Shown here: positions 36,956-45,618 of the stretch, piece by piece
Layout of the letters: each line of letters opens with the position of its first letter
Position numbering within the stretch: position 1 is the first letter of the stretch
Source of the DNA: Candidatus Cloacimonadaceae bacterium
Lineage (GTDB): Bacteria > Cloacimonadota > Cloacimonadia > Cloacimonadales > TCS61
Length of the DNA: 64,000 nt
Direction of reading: 5' to 3'
NCBI GenBank assembly: GCA_942491655.1
Contig: CALOBL010000006.1
Coordinates: forward strand, 98,126 to 162,125
The notes under the pieces: model-generated
The model's input: only the letters and a program-made list of their open reading frames with translations
The model's database searches: none
Told to the model about the DNA's origin: nothing
Made by a program: the position numbers and the translations under genes

Positions 36956-37216
36956 CTGGCTCCTAAGTTTTATCTGCCTTTAGCTGATTCTCTTTGGAAC
37001 CCCCTGAAACTTCCAAATGGAATAAATAAAATGGAGTTCCTGAGAGATCCTGATACTGAATTATGAATATCAGGAACATTTATTGCATAATTTTATAGAT
37101 TAATATACAGGAGTGATATAATATGATGGTAAATCAAATTTTATATTTTGACAATTTAAAACAGGTCAACAGTTTAGCGAAAATTTTAAAATTAATAAAA
37201 AATACGGGGGTTTAAA

Positions 37217-40200
37217 ATGAAGAAAACTTATTACCTATTGATTTTTTTAACAGTTTTTTTTCTGGCTCAGAGCTTAACGGCGGATGTAATTTCTGCCTTC
37301 TACACATTTAATGAGCCGGAGATAGTCAATGATGTCGAGTATTCCTATTTCGTATTCGAGAATTGTGTTAATCTGGGAAATGAAGGTGAACCTATCCTGC
37401 CTTATCTGGGAGTGAATTTGTTGTTGCCTCAGGGGCAGGAGTTGGACAGGATAGAGATCGTGTCTGAAAATTCTTATCCCCTGGCCCAGGAAATGGTGAT
37501 CAAGCCGGCATCCAGACCTTTTCCTATTTCACAGCCTGCGGATCCTTTTTACCGGGTTATTCCAAAAGCTGAAATATACAATTCCAGCAACATCTTCCCG
37601 GCAGAGAAAATAAGCGGTGCAACTACTAATTTTATGAATGGTCATTCCATTCTCTCCTTTTCCATCTGCCCGGTCAGCTTCCTGCCTGCCAGTGAGAAAG
37701 TTGAACTGCTGAAGGAAATAGAACTTAAAGTTTACACCAGCGCTTCCAATAAAGCGGAGAATGCTGAAAGCTTCCTTAAAATAAACCACGAAATTGAACA
37801 GCGCATAAACAGGATTGTTGACAACCCCGAAATGTTGTATTCCTACTCATATCAGAACCGCAACCGGGACATGGAATATGATATTCTTCTGATCTCCAAC
37901 ACAGAATTATTGCCTCAATTCGATTCCTATGTAAATTTCAAGCGATCAACTGGTTATTCCGTTGCCACCATAACTACAGAAGATATCTACACTACTTATA
38001 CCGGTGTGGACCAGGCAGAACTGGTAAGGAACTGCATTATTGATTATTATGATACATACAATATCAGTTATGTGATTCTGGGCGGCGACACAGATGCTGA
38101 GAATATAAATGATATGATTGTACCGCATCGTGGATTCCACGTGGATGATGACCCATCCCTGCCTTCTGATATGTATTTTTCCAACCTGGATGGTAACTGG
38201 AATACGGACGGCGACGGAAGCTGGGGCGAAGGAAATGAGATGGACCTTTATGCAGAAGTTGGAATAGGCAGGATCTGTGTTGATTCAGTTGATGAACTCA
38301 TCAATGCCACCAATAAATTGTATATGTACCAGGATGCACCCGTTGTTGCCGATATAGAGAAAGCACTGATGATAGGCGAAGAACTTAATGATAATCCCTG
38401 GACATTTGGTGGTGATTATAAAGATGAGATCGCTTATGGCAGTACAGCTAACGGATATGTTACTGAAGGTTTAGCGGATAATTTCGTACTCTCAACCCTA
38501 TATGAAAGAGATAGTAACTGGAGTTCGGCTCAATTATTCGCACAATTCAATGATAATGGAATCAACCTGCTGAACCACCTGGGACACTCCAATCCAACCT
38601 ATAATATGAAAATAACCAATGACGATCTGACAACTGCTAATTTTACAAACAATGGCGTTGATCGTGGTTTCGTGATTGGATATTCACAGGGCTGCTATAA
38701 TGGCTCATTTGATAATTGGCATTTCGGTGGTGAATATGTGGAAGACTGTTTCGCTGAAAAATTTGGGGCTCTGGAAACAGGCGAAGTCGCCAGTATATCC
38801 AATTCCCGTTACGGCTGGTACCAGCCGGGTGGAACCAACAGTTCTTCCCAGTATTACGACAGAATGTTCTTCGATGCTATTTTCGGAGAAGGTTACACCT
38901 TGATCGGTGACGCCAACCGGATGTCCAAGGAAACTAACGTTTCCATAATGCAGAATAATTCTAATTATCGCTGGGTCGCCTATGAGACAAATCTGTTCGG
39001 AGATCCTACCATGGATATCTGGACCGAACAGCCGGAAGAGATGTTCATCAGTTTCCCGGCCAGTGTTCCGATCGGATCGGATCAGATTACAGTTATTGCA
39101 GACGTCTCTTATGCCAGAGCAGGATTAATGCAGAATGGTGAGTTGATCGGACGCGGTGTGGGTGACATAGCCGGAAATATTTACATTACCACTTTCCAGC
39201 CAATCGTTACAGCAGATCCTATTACACTTACTGTAATTGCGCATAACAAAGAAAAATATGAAGCTACGCTTTATGTGGTTTCTGACCAACCCTTCGTGAT
39301 CTTCGGTGGTTATGGAATCGATGATGAGGCTGGAAATGGAAATAACCTGGCCGATTTTGATGAAGAGATAGCACTCAATATGACCTTCAATAATGTGGGA
39401 AATCAACCTGCCGTAAATGTTACTTCCACTTTGCTCTGTGATGACGAATACATAACTCTAATAGATTACACGGAAGCAGTTGGTGATATCGATGCCAATG
39501 CGATCGTGGACATGGAAGGTGCATTCTCCTTTGAAATAGCACCCTTTATTGAAGATCAGCATACCGTAAGCTTCACACTGGAAAATATAGGTGATGATAA
39601 CGTAACCTGGACCTCATATTTCACCATAATATTAAACGCACCTGTGCTGGAAATCAATGAAATGGAACTGGATGATGACGGTGATAATGACGGTTTCCTC
39701 GATCCGGGTGAAAACGCTTTAATAACAATACCGATCTATAATATCGGCCATGCTGCCATGCAGGATGTTACTGCATCTCTTACCTGCACAAACGAAGAAA
39801 TTTCCATAATGGATGTAAATGTTCAGTTCGATCAGATCGAAGCTGATTCTTACGGGGCAGCAGTATTTACTGTGGGAGCTTCGGAAGATATTTCAGTAGG
39901 AACCCCGATAATTCTCAGCTTTATGGCAGAATGCAGCGGTTATCCGGAGTACAATGCCGGAAATAATTTTGTTGAGACTGTCGGTTTGGTCTCCGAAAGC
40001 TTTGAAACTGCAGATTTCTCCGGTTTCGGCTGGCAGTTTGAAGGTGACAGCAACTGGACAATAGATACTGAAGCTTATGATGGATCTTTTTCAGCCAGAT
40101 CAGGTTCTATTGGAAGCAATAGCGAAACAGCTCTTGTCCTTCCGCTGGAAATTCTTGTAACCAGCGAGATCAGGTTCTGGAAAAAAGTATCTTCGGAAGA

Positions 40201-41635
40201 TGGATACGATTTCTTTACATTTTATATTGATGATATTGCCCAGGATAACTGGGCTGGAGAAGTTGACTGGAGTGAGGCGTCTTATGAAGTTCCTTCCGGT
40301 CACCATGTCCTGAAATGGGAATTTGCCAAGGATGGTTATGTGGATGACGGGCAGGATTGTGCCTGGCTGGATTTTGTGGTAATGCCGGTGATCAATGGAC
40401 TCGATCCGGCTGCCCTGGTTTTAGATCAGACAGCAGTCAATTTCGAACTGGATCCGGGACAAACGGCCTCCAGTATTCTGGAAATTTCCAATTACGGCGA
40501 AGCTGATCTCTTTTACGACATCATGATCAGCTATCCTATGATGCGCGATTATGGCGGACCGGACAGCTATGGCTATTTCTGGTTCGACAGTAATAATCCT
40601 GATGGACCGGAATACGATTGGGTTGATATTTATACGGAAGGAACGATCCTGAGCTTTACAGATAATGACACCGGTTGTGAACCACTTCCGATCGGCTTCA
40701 CTTTTGAATTTTACGGCGTGGAATATGATGAATTTATCGTAAATCCTAATGGCTGGATCGGATTTGGTAATGATAATGATGAGTGGCTTAATGCACACTT
40801 GCCAAGTCCTTCAGCTCCGGCTCCTGCGATCTGCGGTTTCTGGGATGATCTGCGTCCCTGGGACGGTGCGAACGGAGCTGGAAATGTTTATTATCACAGC
40901 AACGAAGAGCGCCTGGTGGTCTGGTTCGATAATGTTGAGCATTATGGTGGTGATAACGTAGGGCTCTATGATTTTGAAATGATCATTTATCCGGATGGCA
41001 ATATTCTGCTGCAATATAGGAATATGGTTGGAAATGTTGATGCAGCAACTGTCGGAATGCAGAATGAGAATGGTTCGATCGGGCTGGAGATAGTTTATAA
41101 TGAAGAATACATTACCAATGAGCTTGCTATAGAGATGAGATATATCGATACCTGGCTGACGCTCGATCAGATGTCAGGTTGTATCAGTTCAGGAATTACA
41201 GATCAGATAGCCCTGTCGGTAGATACTGCAGACATGGAACCTGGAACTTACAATTGCGATCTGGTTATTACAAGCAACGATCCGGAACACCTGTCAGAAA
41301 CCCTGCCGGTTATACTTATTATAACTGATACAGAGGGTGAGGATAACTTGATCCCGGCGGTTACGAAACTGGTCGGAAATTATCCGAATCCTTTCAATCC
41401 GGAAACAAGTGTAAAATTCAATACTGCAGAAGATAGTAATGTAAAGATCACGATCTTCAACATTAAAGGCCAGAAGGTTACAACTCTGGTTAATGAGGTT
41501 ATGCCGGCTGGAATCCATTCTGTGAGCTGGAATGGAAATGACGATAATGGCAGATCGGTTACATCAGGAGTTTATTTCTATACTATGGAAACCGGAAAAT
41601 ACCACACAACCAAGAAGATGATGCTTTTAAAATAG
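37217..41635 (+). CDS. Secreted C25 (gingipain-like) cysteine protease with multiple beta-rich domains and T9SS C-terminal sorting domain
   Basis: 1472 aa with a signal peptide. C25-type core: YDILLISNTELLPQFDSYVNFKRSTGYSV, YVILGGDTD, LLNHLGHSNP (His), GYSQGCYNGSF (Cys). Tail: GNYPNPFNPETSVKFN...SGVYFYTMETGKYHTTKKMMLLK. Confidence 0.8.
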   Translation: MKKTYYLLIFLTVFFLAQSLTADVISAFYTFNEPEIVNDVEYSYFVFENCVNLGNEGEPILPYLGVNLLLPQGQELDRIEIVSENSYPLAQEMVIKPASRPFPISQPADPFYRVIPKAEIYNSSNIFPAEKISGATTNFMNGHSILSFSICPVSFLPASEKVELLKEIELKVYTSASNKAENAESFLKINHEIEQRINRIVDNPEMLYSYSYQNRNRDMEYDILLISNTELLPQFDSYVNFKRSTGYSVATITTEDIYTTYTGVDQAELVRNCIIDYYDTYNISYVILGGDTDAENINDMIVPHRGFHVDDDPSLPSDMYFSNLDGNWNTDGDGSWGEGNEMDLYAEVGIGRICVDSVDELINATNKLYMYQDAPVVADIEKALMIGEELNDNPWTFGGDYKDEIAYGSTANGYVTEGLADNFVLSTLYERDSNWSSAQLFAQFNDNGINLLNHLGHSNPTYNMKITNDDLTTANFTNNGVDRGFVIGYSQGCYNGSFDNWHFGGEYVEDCFAEKFGALETGEVASISNSRYGWYQPGGTNSSSQYYDRMFFDAIFGEGYTLIGDANRMSKETNVSIMQNNSNYRWVAYETNLFGDPTMDIWTEQPEEMFISFPASVPIGSDQITVIADVSYARAGLMQNGELIGRGVGDIAGNIYITTFQPIVTADPITLTVIAHNKEKYEATLYVVSDQPFVIFGGYGIDDEAGNGNNLADFDEEIALNMTFNNVGNQPAVNVTSTLLCDDEYITLIDYTEAVGDIDANAIVDMEGAFSFEIAPFIEDQHTVSFTLENIGDDNVTWTSYFTIILNAPVLEINEMELDDDGDNDGFLDPGENALITIPIYNIGHAAMQDVTASLTCTNEEISIMDVNVQFDQIEADSYGAAVFTVGASEDISVGTPIILSFMAECSGYPEYNAGNNFVETVGLVSESFETADFSGFGWQFEGDSNWTIDTEAYDGSFSARSGSIGSNSETALVLPLEILVTSEIRFWKKVSSEDGYDFFTFYIDDIAQDNWAGEVDWSEASYEVPSGHHVLKWEFAKDGYVDDGQDCAWLDFVVMPVINGLDPAALVLDQTAVNFELDPGQTASSILEISNYGEADLFYDIMISYPMMRDYGGPDSYGYFWFDSNNPDGPEYDWVDIYTEGTILSFTDNDTGCEPLPIGFTFEFYGVEYDEFIVNPNGWIGFGNDNDEWLNAHLPSPSAPAPAICGFWDDLRPWDGANGAGNVYYHSNEERLVVWFDNVEHYGGDNVGLYDFEMIIYPDGNILLQYRNMVGNVDAATVGMQNENGSIGLEIVYNEEYITNELAIEMRYIDTWLTLDQMSGCISSGITDQIALSVDTADMEPGTYNCDLVITSNDPEHLSETLPVILIITDTEGEDNLIPAVTKLVGNYPNPFNPETSVKFNTAEDSNVKITIFNIKGQKVTTLVNEVMPAGIHSVSWNGNDDNGRSVTSGVYFYTMETGKYHTTKKMMLLK

Positions 41636-41660
41636 TATCATATGACCATTATAACAGATA

Positions 41661-41695
41661 TCCTGGCAGGTTTTCAACAACCTGCCAGGTTTTCT
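41661..41695 (+). terminator. Rho-independent terminator candidate after the C25 protease gene
   Basis: cctggcaggtt-ttcaac-aacctgccagg is an 11-bp perfect stem followed by ttttct. It starts 26 nt after the stop. Confidence 0.7.
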
Positions 41696-41757
41696 ATCCC
41701 TTCGGAACGGTTTCGAACCTTCCGAAGGTTTTCACCTCAAACAAATAAATCATTCTG
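41680..41757 (+). repeat. Repeat family D, copy 1
   Basis: cctgccaggttttctatcccttcggaacggtttcgaaccttccgaaggttttcacctcaaacaaataaatcatt, directly after the C25 gene. Confidence 0.75.
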
Positions 41758-41836
41758 GAGCAAACATAACCTTTCAAAAGGTTCAAACCTGCCAAGGCCA
41801 GGTAAACCTTTGAAAGGGGAATCCTCATTACGAAGT

Positions 41837-41882
41837 CCTGCCGTGGTGAATACTATGGTTCCACTTCGTAATGCAAGAATGG
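41837..41882 (+). repeat. Repeat family C hairpin, copy 1
   Basis: attacgaagt-cctgccgtggtgaatactatggttcc-acttcgtaat. A 10-bp perfect outer stem plus an inner stem ccgtgg/ctatgg with G-U pairs. Confidence 0.75.
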
Positions 41883-41900
41883 AAAAAGCTAAAGTAAAAA

Positions 41901-41990
41901 ACCTGAATAACCAATCATGAATATTCAACTCCGAATGTCCAAGTTTCTAAAAAATACTTCATAATTCGATATTGAAAACATTATCAGAAA
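41901..41990 (+). repeat. Repeat family E, copy 1
   Basis: aaagtaaaaaacctgaataaccaatcatgaatattcaactccgaatgtccaagtttctaaaaaatacttcataattcgatattgaaaaca. Confidence 0.7.
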
Positions 41991-42196
41991 TAATTATGCC
42001 AGTATGGGATACGGCATTTTCTGACGTAATTCAGTTTCAAAAATTATTTCCAATACAATAGATAATGTTTAAAATATTTTAAATTTTAGGCATTTATTTC
42101 CCTTCAGGAATTTTTGAGTTGACAGAATAATTTGAAACAATTTTTAGTCAAACATCTAACATTATAAAAAACAAAGAGATATGATTAGGAGGCCAC

Positions 42197-43658
42197 ATGA
42201 AGATTATAGGTTTAATATTTTTTATTTTAATTTTACCGGTGTTATTATTATCACTTGGAAACACCTGCTTGGAATTTACACGCAGCGACGCAGATTATGT
42301 AATTGTCGGGACTCAGCAGACTTTTAATTTCATTGGCGATGCAGACTTTACTGTGGAAGCCTGGGTCTACCCTTATACAGAAACAGATGATATGCAGATC
42401 ATATCAAAAGGGAATGATGGAACATATACCCAATGGGAGTTGAAAACCACTGATATTGAACCCAATGGTGATGGGTTAAGAATTAGTTTTAGAAGCTGGA
42501 GTGATTTAGGTGTGGAAAGCATTAGCTATATTCCACTCAATACTTGGACTCATTTAGCAGGGGTTTTTTACGCTAATCCAGATCCTCAAATTTATGGCGG
42601 TGATAATTGGTATATTTATATTGATGGTGTATTAGATAATACTGACCTTCATAGTGGCCCACTGACATCAGAAGAACAAACCTGGATTGGAGGAGTTAGT
42701 AGACCTTCTGGTGCAAATGACGGACAATACTACCAGTGTTGGAATGGTAAAATTGACGATGTCAGGATCTGGAATGTAGCACGAACTCAACCAGAGATTG
42801 AACAAAACATGTATACAGTTTTTACTCCAAGCATTCCAAATGATAGAGCTATACCAACTAATTTAATAGGATACTGGACCTTTGAAGCAGGTTCTCCTTT
42901 TGATATTGTGTATGATATTAGCGGTCATAACGTTACTGGACAATTAGGAAGCGCACCAGATGATTATGTGGTTTCTGGTAACAATGGCCCCAATAATCCT
43001 CGCTGGGATGGTGATCCTCCCTGATCCTCCTCTTCCAGTTGTACTCTCTACCTTTACAGTCACCTTTGCTGATACTTCACCCCTGCTGCTCTGGACAACT
43101 ATGTCTGAAACTGCCAATCTGGGCTGGAACATCTATCGTTCCGAAACTCCTTACATTGGAAATTCAGTCGTTCTCAATTATGAACTTATCGAAGGTGCCG
43201 GTACTACCAGTAATCCAACCGATTACAGTTATTATGATGAAAATCCTACCGAAAGTGGTATTACTTACTGGTACTGGCTGGAAACAGTTAATTATACCGG
43301 TGAAACTGAACTGCACGGCTCAGTTACTTTAACAGTTCCAGGAGACGAAGAGGAACAAGAAACACCTGCGACACCAGAAACCTATGGTCTTTACAGTAAT
43401 TATCCTAATCCCTTCAATCCTAATACAGATATCAGTTTTGCCCTGCCAGTAGCTACAACAGGCGAACTGGTTATTTATAATATGAAGGGACAGAAGATCA
43501 AAACCCTCTTCACCGGTGAAATTGAAGCAGAAAAAATCTATAATTTCACCTGGGATGGTTCAGACGACAATGGTCAGGATGTAACTTCAGGTATCTATTT
43601 CTATCAACTGAAGTCTGGTGCGGAATCTCATATCAATAAAATGATAATGATGAAATAG
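42197..43658 (+). pseudogene. LamG/concanavalin-A-like lectin domain protein with T9SS C-terminal sorting domain, split by one frameshift (or indel error)
   Basis: ORF 42197..43024 has a signal peptide and a LamG_3-like domain (FTVEAWVYP...GKIDDVRIWNVARTQPEIEQNM). ORF 42960..43658 supplies DPPLPVVLSTFTV...NYPNPFNPNTDISFAL...SGIYFYQLK..KMIMMK. The shift lies in the direct repeat gatcctcc-ct-gatcctcc at 43012-43030. Confidence 0.7.
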
Positions 43659-43690
43659 AAACAAAGATAAATAGTTTATTTATAATAATT

Positions 43691-43722
43691 TGGACTCCTC
43701 GTTTCGAGGAGTCCATTTTTTA
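43691..43722 (+). terminator. Rho-independent terminator after the LamG/T9SS gene
   Basis: tggactcctcg-ttt-cgaggagtcca is an 11-bp perfect GC-containing stem followed by tttttt. Confidence 0.85.
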
Positions 43723-43747
43723 TAACTAAAACTACCAACAAAGATAT

Positions 43748-43823
43748 CCTGCCAGGTTTTCTATCCCTTCCGAACGGTTACGAACCTTCCGAAGGTTTTC
43801 TCCTCAAACTTATAAAATCATTG
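43748..43823 (+). repeat. Repeat family D, copy 2
   Basis: cctgccaggttttctatcccttccgaacggttacgaaccttccgaaggttttctcctcaaacttataaaatcatt, about 90% identical to D1. It lies after the LamG gene terminator. Confidence 0.75.
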
Positions 43824-43965
43824 TAATTGTCACCCTGAGTTTATCGAAGGGCGACATTGACTCATGACAATTCATTCTCATTTTTTATACTTCGACCTGT
43901 CTTCTCTGAACCACTCGAGAGTGGTTAAGAGAAGACTGGTGGTTAATAAAAGAGGTGGTTCCCAA

Positions 43966-44105
43966 GTAAAAAACGAATATGCAATCATGAATATCCAACT
44001 CCCAATGTCCAAATTTGCAGAGAACTTCATAATTGGAAATTGATGATTCGATATTGGATATTGAAAAAAGTAAAAAATCTGAATAACCAATCATGAATAA
44101 TTCAC
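43966..44105 (+). repeat. Repeat family E, copy 2 (with internal partial re-duplication)
   Basis: gtaaaaaacgaatatgcaatcatgaatatccaactcccaatgtccaaatttgcagagaacttcataatt...gattcgatattggatattgaaaaaagtaaaaaatctgaataaccaatcatgaataattcac. Confidence 0.7.
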
Positions 44106-44117
44106 TTTTCAGCATTC

Positions 44118-44186
44118 CTAAACAGGAACTGTTATCCAGCCCTGTTATCCAACAGGGTAAACAGTTTAAAAGTTTAGGAACGAGCA
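44118..44186 (+). repeat. Repeat family F, copy 1
   Basis: ctaaacaggaactgttatccagccctgttatccaacagggtaaacagtttaaaagtttaggaacgagc. Confidence 0.7.
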
Positions 44187-44499
44187 ATAGTCTTCGAATG
44201 TTCATGTTTTGCACCTTCGGAAGGGATTTTAATAAAGTGAAGTAGGTGTGATCCATTATAATGTTTTTTGCAAAAGTTATTACTCGTAGGCATAAATATT
44301 CCAGTTAAGAATAAACCCGAATTATTTTGCACCTTTTTTGAATTGACAATTAAACTTCTAAATACAATAAAAAATTATATTTTAATCTTTTTCAATATTG
44401 ACTGACTCATTATAAATATTTTTAAAATAATGTTTTATATAGAATTTAAGGATAACTTAATCTATCTGTGACGTTGTTAAAATTGATAAAGGAGGAGGG

Positions 44500-45564
44500 A
44501 TGGCTAGACTTGTTAAAAAAAGAAAACATGAAATTGGGTTAGCTCCAGATGAATTATTATTCCGTGGAGATAGAAAAACTGATAATGTATTATTGAGAGT
44601 AATTGATTTTGATTCAGAAAACAAAGAAGAAAATATAATAGAGACGGTGAGTGAAGTGTTAAAATATCAAAACAAAAAAACGGTAACCTGGTTTAATGTA
44701 GATGGCTTACACGATGAAAAAGTAATGAATGAGATCTCAAAAGGATTCCAGCTGGATAAACTTATCCTGGCAGATGTAATGAACACAAATGCCAGACCGA
44801 AAATCCAAGAATATTCCAATTGTATATTTCTATCAATTAAAATGTTACAGCAGGATGAAATATCTGGATTTATTTCAGTTGAGAATTTGAGCTTAATTTT
44901 AACTCCATCTGTATTAATTTCCTTTCAAGAAAAAAAAGGAGATGTGTTCGAACCTGTTAGGGAGAGAATTAGAAACCAAAAGAGGAGGATTAGAAGTTCT
45001 GGTATTGATTATTTAACTTTTGCTCTACTTGATGTAGTAGTAGATAATTATATATACATTATAAGTTTATTCGGGGATAAGATAGAAGATCTGGAAGAAA
45101 ATCTTCTTAAAGAACCGAAGCAAAGCGTGATTGACAAAATATATAATTACAAACAGGAACTGAATGTCTTACGAAAAAACATTAATCCCGCAAAAGAAAT
45201 GTTTCTCAATCTTTCCAAGATGGAGTCAGAGTTCATAAATGAAAACACTTTAGTTCATTTCAAAGAACTTCTGGAAAATATTAAGTTTGCAACAGAATCT
45301 TCAGATAGTTATAGAGAAATACTGTCAGATCAGTTGAATATTTACCATACTACTATTAGCAGTAAGCTAAATGATATAATGAAATTTCTAACTGTTTTTT
45401 CAGTAATTTTTATTCCACTTACATTTATTGCAGGGATCTACGGGACCAACTTCGATATATTACCAGAGCTTCATTATAAGTATAGTTACTTCATTATGGT
45501 GGGAGTAATGCTGGTGTTGGCTCTGGGAATGATAGTCTATTTCAAAAAGAAGAAATGGCTTTAA
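44500..45564 (+). CDS. corA: CorA-family divalent cation channel with a variant GTN (not GMN) signature
   Basis: 354 aa with the CorA fold pattern and two C-terminal TM helices. The loop motif FIAGIYGTNFDILPE has ggg-acc-aac at 45442-45450. A strong RBS aaaGGAGGAGGg is present. Confidence 0.85.
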   Translation: MARLVKKRKHEIGLAPDELLFRGDRKTDNVLLRVIDFDSENKEENIIETVSEVLKYQNKKTVTWFNVDGLHDEKVMNEISKGFQLDKLILADVMNTNARPKIQEYSNCIFLSIKMLQQDEISGFISVENLSLILTPSVLISFQEKKGDVFEPVRERIRNQKRRIRSSGIDYLTFALLDVVVDNYIYIISLFGDKIEDLEENLLKEPKQSVIDKIYNYKQELNVLRKNINPAKEMFLNLSKMESEFINENTLVHFKELLENIKFATESSDSYREILSDQLNIYHTTISSKLNDIMKFLTVFSVIFIPLTFIAGIYGTNFDILPELHYKYSYFIMVGVMLVLALGMIVYFKKKKWL

Positions 45565-45618
45565 ATTTGAAATGAAATATTATGTCCAAACAGAATTATT
45601 AGTGAGTGAGATATAAAA

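Noticed and set aside
41700-41735. ggtttcgaaccttcc / ggttacgaaccttcc look like tRNA T-arm sequences (GGTTCGAA)
   Set aside because: No acceptor stem, D-arm or anticodon arm can be drawn around them. The strings belong to repeat family D.
41642-41920. ORFs 41642..41920 (92 aa) and 51593..51787 (64 aa) share the peptide VVNTMV(P/L)LR, which could suggest a small conserved protein
   Set aside because: The shared peptide is the translation of the family C hairpin. The nucleotide differences between copies are compensatory in a 10-bp stem. Sequence outside the hairpin is unrelated. The second ORF has no ATG and no RBS.
44257-44499. Looked for an Mg2+ (M-box) riboswitch upstream of corA, and for cobalamin riboswitches near the corrinoid genes
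   Set aside because: The 240-nt leader is extremely AT-rich, with no recognisable conserved M-box or B12-box segments. The corrinoid genes have no leader at all because their genes overlap. By-eye detection is weak, so an Rfam scan would be decisive.
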